Source: Macrostomum lignano | Lineage: Eukaryota | NCBI GenBank assembly: GCA_002269645.1 | Contig: NIVC01002893.1 | Coordinates: forward strand, 34,011 to 98,010 | Length of the DNA: 64,000 nt | Reading direction: 5' to 3' | Shown: positions 15,801 through 27,242 of the stretch, in pieces | Position numbering within the stretch: the first letter of the stretch is position 1 | Layout: each line of letters opens with the position of its first letter | Program-made: the position numbers and the translations under genes | Notes under the pieces: model-generated | What the model was told of the DNA's origin: nothing | Databases searched by the model: none | What the model saw: only the letters and a program-made list of their open reading frames with translations

Positions 15801-18034
15801 AGTGATTTTGGAAATCTGTCACTCAATCACACTGCTCAGTGATTTTGGAAATCTGTCACTCAATCACACTGCTCAGTGATTTTGGAAATCTGTCACCCAA
15901 TCACACTGCTCAGTGATTTTGGAAATCTGTCACCCATCACACGTCTGCTCAGTGATATTGGAGGGATTGCTCCCATAAGTTATTATACGCAGGCCAATCT
16001 GTGCTGTATCTCACCTGCCTGTAGGCGGCATGCTCCACGGGCTTGGCCAGGGCGTCGCTGATGGGAATGACCACGCCGTGCATGAGCACAACCAAACCGT
16101 ATAGAGTGAGCAGGGACTGCAGAATTGAGCTGCAAGTTGAAGCTCGATGATTGGCTGTGAATGCCAGCTGGCTTGGCTGTCTGGAACAGGGATAGAAAAC
16201 TTTCACTCTGAGGAGTCATTGCTTGCACTGGATTCTTCATCGGGTTGCCGCTTCAATTTTGCAGAGCACCTCAGCGGGTTCGTTTCCATGAGCGGTGACT
16301 CTTTACACTCTAGAGGGTGAACCTTCTAGGCAGAGTGTATATGTCAGGCGATTAGACAGTCAGTCACTGTACACCCTTCACCCTACCCCCCTGCGTCATA
16401 TCTATGCAAGACTATCAGCATGCGATTCTTCATTGCTGGCGATAGCTGGTTTTACCATAGACAAAGCCGTCCTAGACGTATAGACCATGGATGAATGAAT
16501 AGAATGGATTGCTATTCTGGCTCTGGCTATTTTCGTTTTCGACTCTTTTGCATCCGGTTCCCCCCCGTGCCTTTTCATTGGTTGATGATTGCCATAGACA
16601 ATTTTCGGCCTTCGCCCCTTTCTTTCGATGCACAAGCGCAAAGAACTGATTTTATTGTAGACGAATCGACTCTCGAATCGTGCTTGTAGGTCTTCCCCCT
16701 TTATTTCAAAACACGAGCGAAAGCGCTTGTGCATCGAAAGAAAGGGGCGAAGGCCGAAAATTGTCTATGGCAATCATCAACCAATGAAAAGGCACGGGGG
16801 GAACCGGATGCAAAAGAGTCAAAAACGAAAATAGCCAGAGCCAGAATAGCAATCCATTCTATTCATTCATCCATGGTATAGACTACGTAGATCATTCAGA
16901 AGGAAACTCACCTCTTTCTCGGCTTACGAGACGTCAAAGAGTTTTGCTTGGAGTGGGATTTTATTATAGACTTCAGACGCCCCATGGGGAGGCTTGGTTT
17001 TTCAAAAATTAAGAGAAAAGCTGGTTAAAGCTAGTTAGAAAAAATTCCAGTGCACAAATTGAGCCTAATATACACCTAGAGGACTTCCACTCATTATAAG
17101 GCCTGGTTTTGCAGCGTACTCAGTTTAGTGGTAGAACAGAACTAGAAGAAATTTCAAACGGAAAGAAATTTAACTTGAGCATAGCTAGCAAAACAATGAG
17201 CACGGTGCGATGCGGTGTAACGTGCATGCCTATACATATAGTTAAGAGTAGAGGGCTTCTACGGCCTCTAAAAGAGAGTTGGCTATCAACTGAAGGGTCT
17301 TTGAAAGAATTCACTATTGAGTGTATACGAGCTACGAGCTAAGCAAAGGCCATCAAAATATAATAACCAAAACTGAAGAGACGCGCAACAATTTTAAGTA
17401 TAGAAAATGTCATCGAGAATCTTAAAAATGGAAAACGAACTCGCGCTTCTTCAATGTATTTGTTGAATAAGCGGTCATTTAAAAAACAACCATGTTATAC
17501 AGGCATAATAAAATATTAAGAAGCAGTCATCAGCAACTATAGAATTAGATTCGTAGCCTTGTAGCCGTTCACTTCTGCTTGTTCTCGGACCCGTCCTCGT
17601 AATCGGCAACTGCAGGTGTTCAGAATGAGGAGGCAAGGGGGCGACGGATTAAACGCAGTTGAAAAAAATCAGAGTTTGTTAGATAAAAAGCTACTACAAA
17701 AATAAGTGCTCACATTTGCCAAAGTACTGACGGATCTTCTGCAGGTGAGCAGGCACTTCTTTTTGAGGCTCGGTACCTTCCTCAGGCTTGCGAACTGTGT
17801 GGATTGGGAGATAAAAAGGGGAAATAAATTAGCCATCACCAATTAGTACTTTACGAACTAAAGTTAGCTAATTGCGAAGACCTAAACAAGAAAATGTACA
17901 TAGAAATTGTGTTCCTTACCAACTTTGCCAACGGAAATGTCGGTGCCAGGCACAATGTGGAAGATCTGCGTATTACTGCCGTCGCCGTTGTCGCATTCGC
18001 TGATTGGGTTGCTGAAATCTCGCTTGTTGGCCAT
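6837..18034 (-). CDS. Otop: otopetrin family proton channel, multi-exon
   Basis: Core exons 16129-16015, 15253-14755, 13400-13311, 13222-13062, 12949-12766, 11557-11274, ~10126-9827 (acceptor uncertain) and 7181-6837 join in phase. Hallmark motifs: LLTLYGLVV, INLYLRLGAIVFGFG, HLIVTNLCIW, PYLYPCAVEYGLICA, CHKSHKGLFLG, KPGRGLTIGLLIANLAMW, PLIIFFRFHSSVCLSEIW. 5' exons are uncertain: either 18034-17920/17794-17714/17609-17573, or 16289-16207. Confidence 0.93.
7215..9725. repeat. 20-bp minisatellite (TGTCTGACACTTGATGCTTG)n filling the last otopetrin intron
   Basis: About 120 units with 22-bp and other variants. It is the source of the long HKHQVSDTSIKCQTQASSV ORFs. Confidence 0.98.
11582..12765. 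repeat. (CACT)n/(CGCT) microsatellite, equal to (GAGT)n on the otopetrin sense strand
   Basis: Directly visible. It begins exactly at the GTGAGT donor of exon 12949-12766. Confidence 0.98.
14350..14480. repeat. short degenerate array containing TTTTGGCGCC
   Basis: Four perfect TTTTGGCGCC copies plus a degenerate one. A GGGGGGGACATGTCCCCCC...GGCGACGCCCCTG transposon-like end lies at about 14540-14586. Confidence 0.7.
15300..15945. repeat. 37-bp minisatellite (CTGTCACCCAATCACACTGCTCAGTGATTTTGGAAAT)n
   Basis: About 16 units. Each has an internal inverted repeat AATCAC...GTGATT. Confidence 0.96.
16484..16877. mobile_element. foldback MITE with ~155-bp near-perfect inverted arms
   Basis: 16484-16639 is the reverse complement of 16723-16877 with only a couple of differences; the spacer is 83 bp. 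Flanks are TA-rich, but the TSD is not clearly resolved. Confidence 0.85.
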
Positions 18035-18129
18035 TTGTTTTAGTTGAGCAGCAGGTTGCGGGCTGGAGCTAACTTAGATTGGGTAGTTGCGCTTGATACG
18101 ACGTTGACGTTGCGAGCCGTGGGCCTTGG

Positions 18130-18315
18130 TAAGTGAAATCAAAGGGCAGTCCCTGTCGTTTAAATAAGCGATAGAGAGGTCTAGATTGAGGGTTTGTGAT
18201 TGGTGTTTCAGCTGTATGGGGTGGGTGGGTTGGGGGTGATGAAATGACTTTTCACTCTCTTGCCCCTAGCTAAACGCTCATTGGCTGGCAGAGTTTAGAG
18301 TAAGAGATTGGCTTC
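18130..18315 (-). promoter_or_regulatory. candidate core promoter for the exon starting at ATG 18034
   Basis: On the minus strand: three CCAAT boxes (about 18200, 18280, 18307), TATTTAAA at 18166-18159 and an Inr-like TTTCACTT about 32 bp downstream. Confidence 0.5.
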
Positions 18316-19116
18316 GCTAAATGGCTTTAAGGGTCCTGTTTTGTTTGGACTGGATTTTAAGACCGGTGCGAAAAATAACCACCGATCAAATTCCTTTTAG
18401 TGGTAATCAACTCAGCCCTAAGTTAAGACAGCCTATATTTCATGTACTTCAGTTCAATGTACGAGTACAAAGTAAGGAGGGGTACATTCTATTTTCACAA
18501 GTTGCAGGCAGGCGCTAATAATTTGTTTTTATTTTCGATTCATAAGTCAGACATTCATTTTGCATGGGTGAATCAGGGAGTTGTTAGGACAGTAAAATAA
18601 GTCATCAATCAACAAAACATTTGCTAAAAATGAACTTTTCAAAATGGAAACAAGTAAATATACTCAGCAATATGGAAAAGTCGCCACCCTTTGCCCCAGT
18701 GAGCAGTGTATTTTGACCAGCGTTTAATTGTCACCTGGCCAACCATTTTGATAATAAAAAATGCTTGAAAAACACAATGAAACCGGGCGGCAGCTTCAAT
18801 CCATCCAATATTCGCTCTCCGCTCTTCCCAGCCCAACTCTGCGCCGCGTGGCGCAAGTTGTGTCACTCAAAAGTCAATATAGAGCCAGAATTCACCGCGT
18901 ACTCTCAAGGGTGGCGACTTTTAGTTTTGTTGAGTATACTTCAGTAGATAAAGAACCGGGACAATAACATTGTTGATTTTCCATAAAAAATGGCACTTAC
19001 AACCACAAGAAGTGTTTATAAATTGAAAAATGAAATTCCATGCGTATGTACGACTAGCTCGTTGTACCCGATTTTAAGACCAGTGGGGGTTCCGGAAACC
19101 GCACAGGACATAGATA

Positions 19117-19945
19117 ACAACAACAACAACAGAATACGCGTTCAGCATCACAGGGCGCGCCTCAAGGCCAGGTCGCGAATGAACGCCACGCCGCCGGCCG
19201 ATTCCGGGGCGCCGGCGTCTGCCAGCAGGAGTCGACGAAACGCCGAGCGTGGGCCTGCCCCCGCCGGTAGGGTGCCTGCAGCGTTTAGCAGCAGCACATC
19301 CTGCACCGGCTGTGGGCAGTACGACTCGGCGCGGATGATGTGACCTGCCAGCTGAAGTCGCCGACGGCGCAACAGGTCGCTTGGACGGACCAGGCCGGCG
19401 AGGTGATACAAAGCCGCTTTGGTCACTCGCTCGTAGCCGACCTTGAAGGCGGCGCGCAGCAGGCCAGCGTGCGCCGCGTCAACTTGTTGCTCGAGTGACT
19501 CCGTTAGCTGTGTCCAGGTCTCGGCTTTGTACAGCAGAACGGTCTCGATCACCGCCTGGAACAATCGCCCTCAGGCGGTCAGGTAGGGCCTGAGACTGCA
19601 GGACTGCCCTCACAGAACGAAAGGCAGCCCAGGCAAGCCCGCAGCGACACCAACAGGCCGACACTCGCCGCAACAGTCTAGCTTGTCCAGTTGTCGCTGG
19701 GCGCCCTCGACAACTAGACAGCAGGGCGAGAGCGTCGGCGTAGCCAAAGCACGCTGAGTCGCCTCTCTGGTTGACGTCGACCCACGCGTCGCCGCAACAG
19801 AAGCCGCGTCGTTGTTGGTAGGAAGAGCGGTCCGCAGCACCCAGCCAAGCACCAGAACGAACAGGAACGGCGCAAGCGTATCTCCCCGAAACACCCCGGA
19901 GGATGTCTCAAAGAAGTCCGATAGGCCGTCCGGTGTTGAACAGCG
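19117..19945 (-). mobile_element. 5'-truncated non-LTR retrotransposon (RTE-like), RT C-terminus and 3' tail
   Basis: RT motif GDTLAPFLFVLVL, then FQAVIETVLLYKAETWT...LRRRRLQLAGHIIRA to the stop, then a (TTG)n tail at about 19117-19132. Frameshifted and internally deleted. Confidence 0.85.
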
Positions 19946-20864
19946 GCATCGCGCCCCACAGTGTACATGTAGCTTTGGTTATAGTTTCTCACCTACATGT
20001 ACTGTATGCACGCATTTCATTTTCGTTGATCGATTAGTAGTTAGAGCAAAAACATTCATTTTTTTATACGGAGACCATGCAAGCAGACAACCTGAGTAGC
20101 ATATGTGACTCTAGCTGTTTGTCGAGTTTGCTTCTGCTAAAGATCCACACACGAGCTGTATTGTACAGAAATGACGAGGGGTGTCTGGAAAGTTCTGACA
20201 CTTTTAATCAGTGGCATTGTGATGGGTTTTCACACAACTTTTGAATGAAATGACCAAAATACACAGCCACGCGACTGAATTCATTGGAAAGATCAAGAGA
20301 TTTGCCGCTTTAAATTGACACCAAACTTGTGCTTGCAGCTGCTACTGCAGCTGTTGCTCTGGGATTATGGGTGGCATCGCTGAGATGTCAAGGGGGGAGG
20401 TTGATATGTTAAGGCTTGTGGGGGAATTGCTGAGATATCAAAGCTTACAAGGGACTGCGAGGTATATTGCAAAGCAACGCTACATGCAGTTTATTAGAAA
20501 ACTTGTACTGCATTCTTTGGCTCCCTAAAGGGGGGGGGGCGTTGATTGCTAGTAATCCGTACACGTTAACTTCACAATCCTGCAGTCCTGTAATCCTGCC
20601 CATTAAGCCAATTCATGAAGATAATCTTGAGCAAGATAATAAGCAGCAAGATAAGAGCTAATAGGAGCTGATAAGAGCAAGATAATACTGTACGCATGCA
20701 CGCACTCGTACACACGCTTACACAGGGTGCACAGTGGCCCTGACTTTCTAATCGTCAGGCATGTACTCTCTCTGTGCCTTGATCAGGAAGTTTTCGTGTA
20801 CACAAGAGCCAAAATGAATGTGGGGTCGCGCGCACCGGATCAAACCAGGGGTTTGTGGCGCGAA

Positions 20865-21850
20865 GGGTGTTAGGGCCAGGTGCCACAGGGTGTTAGGGCC
20901 AGGGTGCCACAGGGTGTTAGGGCCAGGGTGCCACAGGGTGTTAGGGCCAGGTGCCACAGGGTGTTAGGGCCAGGGTGCCACAGGGTGTTAGGGCCAGGTG
21001 CCACAGGGTGTTAGGGCCAGGGTGCCACAGGGTGTTAGGGCCAGGGTGCCACAGGGTGTTAGGGCCAGGTGCCACAGGGTGTTAGGGCCAGGGTGCCACA
21101 GAGTGTTAGGGCCAGGTGCCACAGGGTGTTAGGGCCAGGGTGCCACAGGGTGTTAGGGCCAGGGTGCCACAGGGTGTTAGGGCCAGTAAAGTACAGGGTG
21201 TTAGGGCTAGTAAAGTACAGGGTGTTAGGGTCAGGGTGCCACAGGGTGTTAGGGCCAGGTGCCACAGGGTGTTAGGGCCAGGGTGCCACAGGTTGTTAGG
21301 GTTAGGGTGCCGCAGGGTGTTAGATCAAGGTGCTACAGGGTGTTAGGGTCAGGGTTCCACAGGGTGTTAGGGCCAGGGTGCCACAGGGTGTTAGGGCCAG
21401 GGTGCCACAGGGTGTTAGGGCCAGTAAAGTACAGGGTGTTAGGGCTAGTAAAGTACAGGGTGTTAGGGCCAGGGTGCCACAGGGTGTTAGGGCCAGGGTG
21501 CCACAGGTTGTTAGGGTTAGGGTGCCGCAGGGTGTTAGATCAAGGTGCTACAAGGTGTTAGGGTCAGGGTTCCACAGGGTGTTAGGGCCAGGGTGCCACA
21601 GGGTGTTAGGGCCAGTAAAGTACAGGGTGTTAGGGCTAGTAAAGTACAGGGTGTTAGGGCCAGGGTGCCAAAGGGTGTTAGGGTCAGTAAAGTACAGGGT
21701 GTTAGGGCTAGTAAAGTACAGGGTGTTAGGGCCAGGGTGCCACAGGTTGTTAGGGTCAGGGTGCCGCAGGGTGTTAGATCAAGGTGCTACAGGGTGTTAG
21801 GGTCAGGGTGCCACATGGTGTTAGATCAAGGTGCTACAAGGTGTTAGGGA
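20865..21850. repeat. 24-bp G-rich minisatellite (GGGCCAGGGTGCCACAGGGTGTTA)n containing TTAGGG
   Basis: About 41 units with higher-order blocks (AGTAAAGTACA and TAGATCAAGG variants). Confidence 0.96.
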
Positions 21851-22228
21851 TAGGGAGTGTTTTGGGGTGAGGGGGGGGGGCTTCTATAAGTCAGCCGTGC
21901 TAGAAGAGTTGCCAGTGAAACCAGGCCAAAAACCAGATCTAGGTTCTAGGCTTCTAGCTTACAATCTCCATGTTTCAGGTTCTCAATTACTCGTATGACA
22001 AAATTAATCAGCTGTTTGAAGTCACCGTTAGTAGTCCAAGCCTCTGCAAAAAATCAGGCAACTGAAGCCTAAACAAAAAACTAACAAAAAACAAGTACAA
22101 ATCGCTATAATAAGCAAAACATTTCCAACAGTTCCAAACCGTTTCCTCTCTAACAAATCAGTCAATAGCTAGTGTATTTGCTGAACTAGTCCCATTCGTG
22201 AAAACGGCAACAATAGCGACGGTTCATT

Positions 22229-22654
22229 TCACTCCTGCTGCTCGTCAGTGCGCAGCTTCGAGCTGCCGTTCACCAGCCGGATGCCAAGCTGAGCAGCCCG
22301 CTCCACCATGCCTTTACGCTTCTTGGAGCTCACCGTGTGCGCAATGACCCCAGCATAACGCCTGTTCTCCATCATCAGCATCTCCAGCTCTCTAGCGTTG
22401 TGCACCAGCACGTGACGGAAGCCGTCCCTGTGAACGTGCTTAGTCCGCTTGTCGGATCCGAATCCAATCTGTGGCATCACCGACTGGCCTTTGAATTTCC
22501 TGCGCATCCGGTTGTCGATGCCTTTAGGCCGGCGCCAGCTTGGCTTGACGCGGTCGTAACGATCGCTATGGTGACGCTGGATGTGCTTGTTGCGCTTCTT
22601 AATGCACACCGGTTTGCGCAATGGTTTCACAGCATTGATACGCTTTGCTGCCAT
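22229..22654 (-). CDS. RPL32: 60S ribosomal protein L32 (eL32), intronless CDS
   Basis: 141-aa ORF with KKR...[36 protein letters not shown]...[14 protein letters not shown]...IAH.VSSKKRK..VERA.QLGI. Confidence 0.96.
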   Translation of the reverse strand: MAAKRINAVKPLRKPVCIKKRNKHIQRHHSDRYDRVKPSWRRPKGIDNRMRRKFKGQSVMPQIGFGSDKRTKHVHRDGFRHVLVHNARELEMLMMENRRYAGVIAHTVSSKKRKGMVERAAQLGIRLVNGSSKLRTDEQQE

Positions 22655-24009
22655 GGCAACAGGTTAGTAGCTGTAATATTTATGATCCAGGTTTTTTTGA
22701 GGAATTGCATTTGGAATGATGTAAATACCATTGTCAGTTAAGCTAGATTTTGACAGGAATACAGGATCCTGATCCTAAACTTTTACCTTGCTAGACTAGG
22801 GACATCAGCCATCATTCCCAATGTATCAATGTTGCTAAAAAATATGTCAACTTGATCACTTATTGGTCATTTGCCTATGGCCCCAACCCTATCACCATTG
22901 TCACCACTCATATTAACCAAAAGGTGGCTTTAAAGCACACAGCGATATGTAAGCTTTTTCTTTAACTATCGGCAATCCTGAGTAGCTTTCAAAGTTTCTT
23001 TCTTTGAACCTTTGTTCAAATATTTAAGTCTTGTTGCCTCCTATAGATAGTCTAGATAATGGCCTTTATACTAGAAAATTCTGGCATATTTTTGCCTTTA
23101 CTGATAATCTTGGTATACACTTGACTTGGCATACAAAATAGCCAAGTTCAGGCTTGGTGTATAAATAATATCATTAAATATCAATCAAGGAAAGCTTGGC
23201 CTAGAAAACAAAAAATAATAATGCAACTTATAAGAAAAACAAAAATAAAACAAAAAAAACTCATTAATTTTTCTAAAAATATATCTTCTAAAAGTTTGCA
23301 TATAAGGGGCCTAAGCAACCTAATTTACATAGGCATAGAATTAAAAAAAAGAACTTTCATTTTGGCATATGCCTACCATAATATAGATTACGCTAAGCTT
23401 ATAGGTTGTATCTAGTTAGGAAAAAACTTCAAAGATACAAAGTTGTATTGAGGCCTCATAATGAAAAAAATATATGTCATTTATAAAACAAATATTAGAT
23501 ATAGCAAACATATCAAATCAGGCTTAATCTGTAACAAAAAGTACAGAGATTTTTTGTTATCTCTTCTACATATTAAGTAATAGGTAAGCCAACTTATACC
23601 TATGCCAAATTGCAAATCTTGTTATACAACACAAAAAAGTTAAAAAATTATGTAGAAAAAAATGAAAAAACTTTTTTATCAAAATTAAACCATTTTTCAT
23701 TTTTAGCATTTATCAATTTAGCATTTATCAACTAGCCATTTAGCCCCCCTCCGGGTGGCTTCTTAGCAGTTTAGCGCTTGTATATAAGCAGTTTTGCAGT
23801 CGCTGAGCAAATCTCACTAATCTCCGAGAAGTTCTGCAGTAGCAAATATCTAAGCAGTTGTACACCAATTTTACTGAGACTAAAAAGTTCTAAAAAGTTA
23901 CATTTCTTAATGTTTGAAACTTTGCAATGTCAATTCATTTATAGTTCTTTTATGATTATTCATTATTTTCAAATGCTCACCAGATTAGCACTATTCTCCC
24001 ATATTAGCC

Positions 24010-24660
24010 CTACACCCCCAGATTAGCCCCACTTCCCCCAGATTAGCACTATGCCCAGATTAGCACTGCGCCCAGATTAGCACTCAGCCCAGATTAGCAC
24101 TCAGCCCAGATTAGCACTCAGCCCAGATTAACACTCAGCCTAGATTAGCACTCAGCCCAGATTAGCACTCAGCCCAGATTAGCACTCAGCCTAGATTAGC
24201 ACTCAGCCCAGATTAGCACTCAGCCCAGATTAGCACTCAGCCTAGATTAGCACTCAGCCCAGATTAGCACTCAGCCCAGATTAGCACTCAGCCCAGATTA
24301 GCACTCAGCCTAGATTAGCACTCAGCCCAGATTAGCACTCAGCCTAGATTAGCACTCAGCCTAGATTAGCACTCAGCCTAGATTAGCACTCAGCCCAGAT
24401 TAGCACTCAGCCCAGATTAGCACTCAGCCCAGATTAGCACTCAGCCCAGATTAGCACCGCTCCACAGATTACCGCCGCTTCCCAGATAGTTTCACCTTCC
24501 CAGATTAGCACTACTTCTCCAGATTTGCACCACTCCACAAAAATTCGCACCGCTACTTCCTCCAGATTAGCCCCAATCCCCCAGATTAGCCCCAATCCCC
24601 CAGATTAGCCCCCCCACTCCTTTATATTAGCCCCACTCCCTTAGATTAGCACCACTCCCA
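24010..24660. repeat. 17-bp minisatellite (CCCAGATTAGCACTCAG)n
   Basis: About 25 regular units with degenerate flanking units. Confidence 0.95.
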
Positions 24661-26277
24661 AACTGCTAAAAGGTGACTACTATTATCGCCTCAGAAGTTT
24701 AAAGTTAAACCCTCCCCAGAAATTGGCAGTTATCCCCACAACAACCTGAAATTATCCCTTCTAATTCCGCAAAACAGACTGCAGTCATACAACTCATTTG
24801 CACTCTACAACTTTTATTATTATTATTCATTTATCCCTCAGGGACCCATAATTGTACCTTCTGCAAGCTACAATTATTCACAGTTAAATATCCGCCTCAG
24901 AAGTCTGCCATTATTATCCTAGCAGTCTGCAGCTATCCACTCGGCAGTTTGCTGCTTATACGCTCATAAGTCTCGAGAAACTAACCAACGTGAGCAGTTT
25001 GCAGTTTGTCCCCTTTGCAGTCTGCAATGATCCCTTCAACAATCTGCAGTTCCCCTTAGTAGTCTGCAGTCAATTCATTTGCAGTCAGCAAGTGTTTCCT
25101 TAATAATTCTCATTTATCCCCTCAGCAGTCTGCAGTTCTCTCAGCTGGCCCCTTAGTATTCTCAGCAAACTGCAATGATCTTTTCAATGGTTTAAAAATT
25201 TGCTCAGCATTTACGACAGCGCACTAATCAATTTTTGATACATATTGGCAGTCTTGCGCAACTCAGCATTTAGCAATACCTCAGCAGTTTAGCAGCATCA
25301 TCTACTGCAATGATCCTTTCAACAATGTAAAAATTAGCTCAGCATTTTATGGCTCACTAATTGATTTTTGATACATATCGGCAATCTTTTGCACCACTCA
25401 GCATTTAGCAATACCTCAGCAGTTTAGCAGCATCATCTGCAGTTTAGTAATTTAATCCCCTGCAGTTTAGTAATATCTACTTCTATAGACCTAGATAATA
25501 ACAATTAATGGGATCTTAGGATTTTACAAATCAAATCAAATTTGCTTAGTGGCTTGTGCGAGTAGCAAAAATTAATTATTGTAATTAATAAAAAAAAATT
25601 AATTACAGTTAATCAGAAAATGTTCAAAATAGTCGAGGCAGAAGCTACTAATGAATGAATTTATTTAATTTTAATTCACCGCTGGGGAGGCGGACTCGAA
25701 CCTTGGACCTTATGCCTAGCCTAAACCTAGTCCTAGTGCCTACACTGCGGCTATTCTGCCTACTGATCGGAGGGCGCAAAAATCAGCCATATATGCTTCG
25801 GCACTGCAGTCAAATACATAGCAGTGATAGGCTGCTCAGTGTGCACAGGTTGTATGCAGGCAGAGCTAATGCACAGTTGAGTGAAATCTATTAATAGCAA
25901 TTGTCTATGCAGTCCACCAGTCAGCCAGGGCCAGAATGTACACACGCAGCCACTGAGCATTATTTTCCTCTCCCTTATTGTGGCCAGTATTGAGGCGTAC
26001 ACAGTGAACAGAGAAAAGTTGTGACGCAATCTTAATTGGAATTGAAATTCAGTTAGTGAGATTTTGACCTTTTCTAGCCTCCCATTGAAAGCATAGGGAA
26101 AACTCGTTTTTCGAATATTTAACCATCTTCCCATTCGAATTTTTTAAATGCAATTACACCCACACAATCTCACAAGAATTTGCAATTGAATGAAGCAAGT
26201 TTGAAAAAAAATCGGTTTAGGCATTCAGGCTGTAGACTGGAATACCGGTCAAACCTTAGAGATTTAGTATATTGTGA

Positions 26278-27242
26278 TTTGCTGAAAGCTGATTTGCCAA
26301 AAATCAATTTGCCAAAAGCAGGTTGTTTTGCTGAATAAATAAACAACAAATAAATAAATAAAATGATTAAATAAAGAGATAATATTGTTAAATGTTAAAA
26401 TGTTAAATGTTTAAATAAATCAAGGTTGTTTCACTGAACAAATAAACAAGGAACAAATAAATAAAATTAACAAATGAAGAAATGAAATGTTAATTGTTAA
26501 AATGTAAAATGTCAAAATCAATCAATGACTTCAATAACAAATAAAGGTAACATATACAATGTTAAATGTTAGAATATAAAACATCAAATTCAATTAATAA
26601 CCCCAAAAAACAAATAAATAACATTTAGAATATTGAGTATTAAAATAAAGACATTAAAATTATTCTAAGACCCCATCAATGTCCTGCACCATGTTGAGGC
26701 AGTTGCAGGCATGAAGAAGCTGCTGCGCAGTAGTGAGAGAAAGGCAGAAAGGGATAGAGTGGGTTCTACTTTAGCTACTATAACATGCAAAAGTGTCTTT
26801 TGATATATATCATCTTAATTAATGCTATACAGCAATTTATACCAGTTGTTGTACAAAAAATATTCTCTTCATATTTTGTTTTCAATGTAATCAACAAAAA
26901 ACAAAAAAAATCAAAGTCACTCATAACCTTACACACTGTAAAGTCTAAAGATTGCAGTTTAATCTGAAAAAAATATATGTACAGGCCCAAATTGGCCAAG
27001 TTAAAGATGATGTATTTGAGGTTCTGAAGTGAACAATACAATGTACATGAATCATGCTAACTAAGACAAGATGTACATTTATGTTAGAATACCTCACTCA
27101 TTTAAAACAGTGAGTGATACAGTACATCACTTTTGAATTAGTGGATATCAAATTCCCAATCAGTACATTTTTGGAAAATTGACTTTTGGTAAAAAGGTAT
27201 TTGGCAAACTGACTTTTGGCAAAAAGATTTTTGGCAAATCAT
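26278..27242. mobile_element. decayed non-autonomous DNA transposon with inverted subterminal TTTGCCAAAA repeats
   Basis: Left: GATTTGCTGAAAG, GATTTGCCAAAAATC, TTTGCCAAAAG. Right: the reverse-complement repeats TTTTGGCAAA ending GATTTTTGGCAAATCA. Confidence 0.55.

Noticed and set aside
25680-25712. tRNA-like B box (GGTTCGAGTCC) on the minus strand
   Set aside because: No A box or cloverleaf could be built; at most a SINE remnant.
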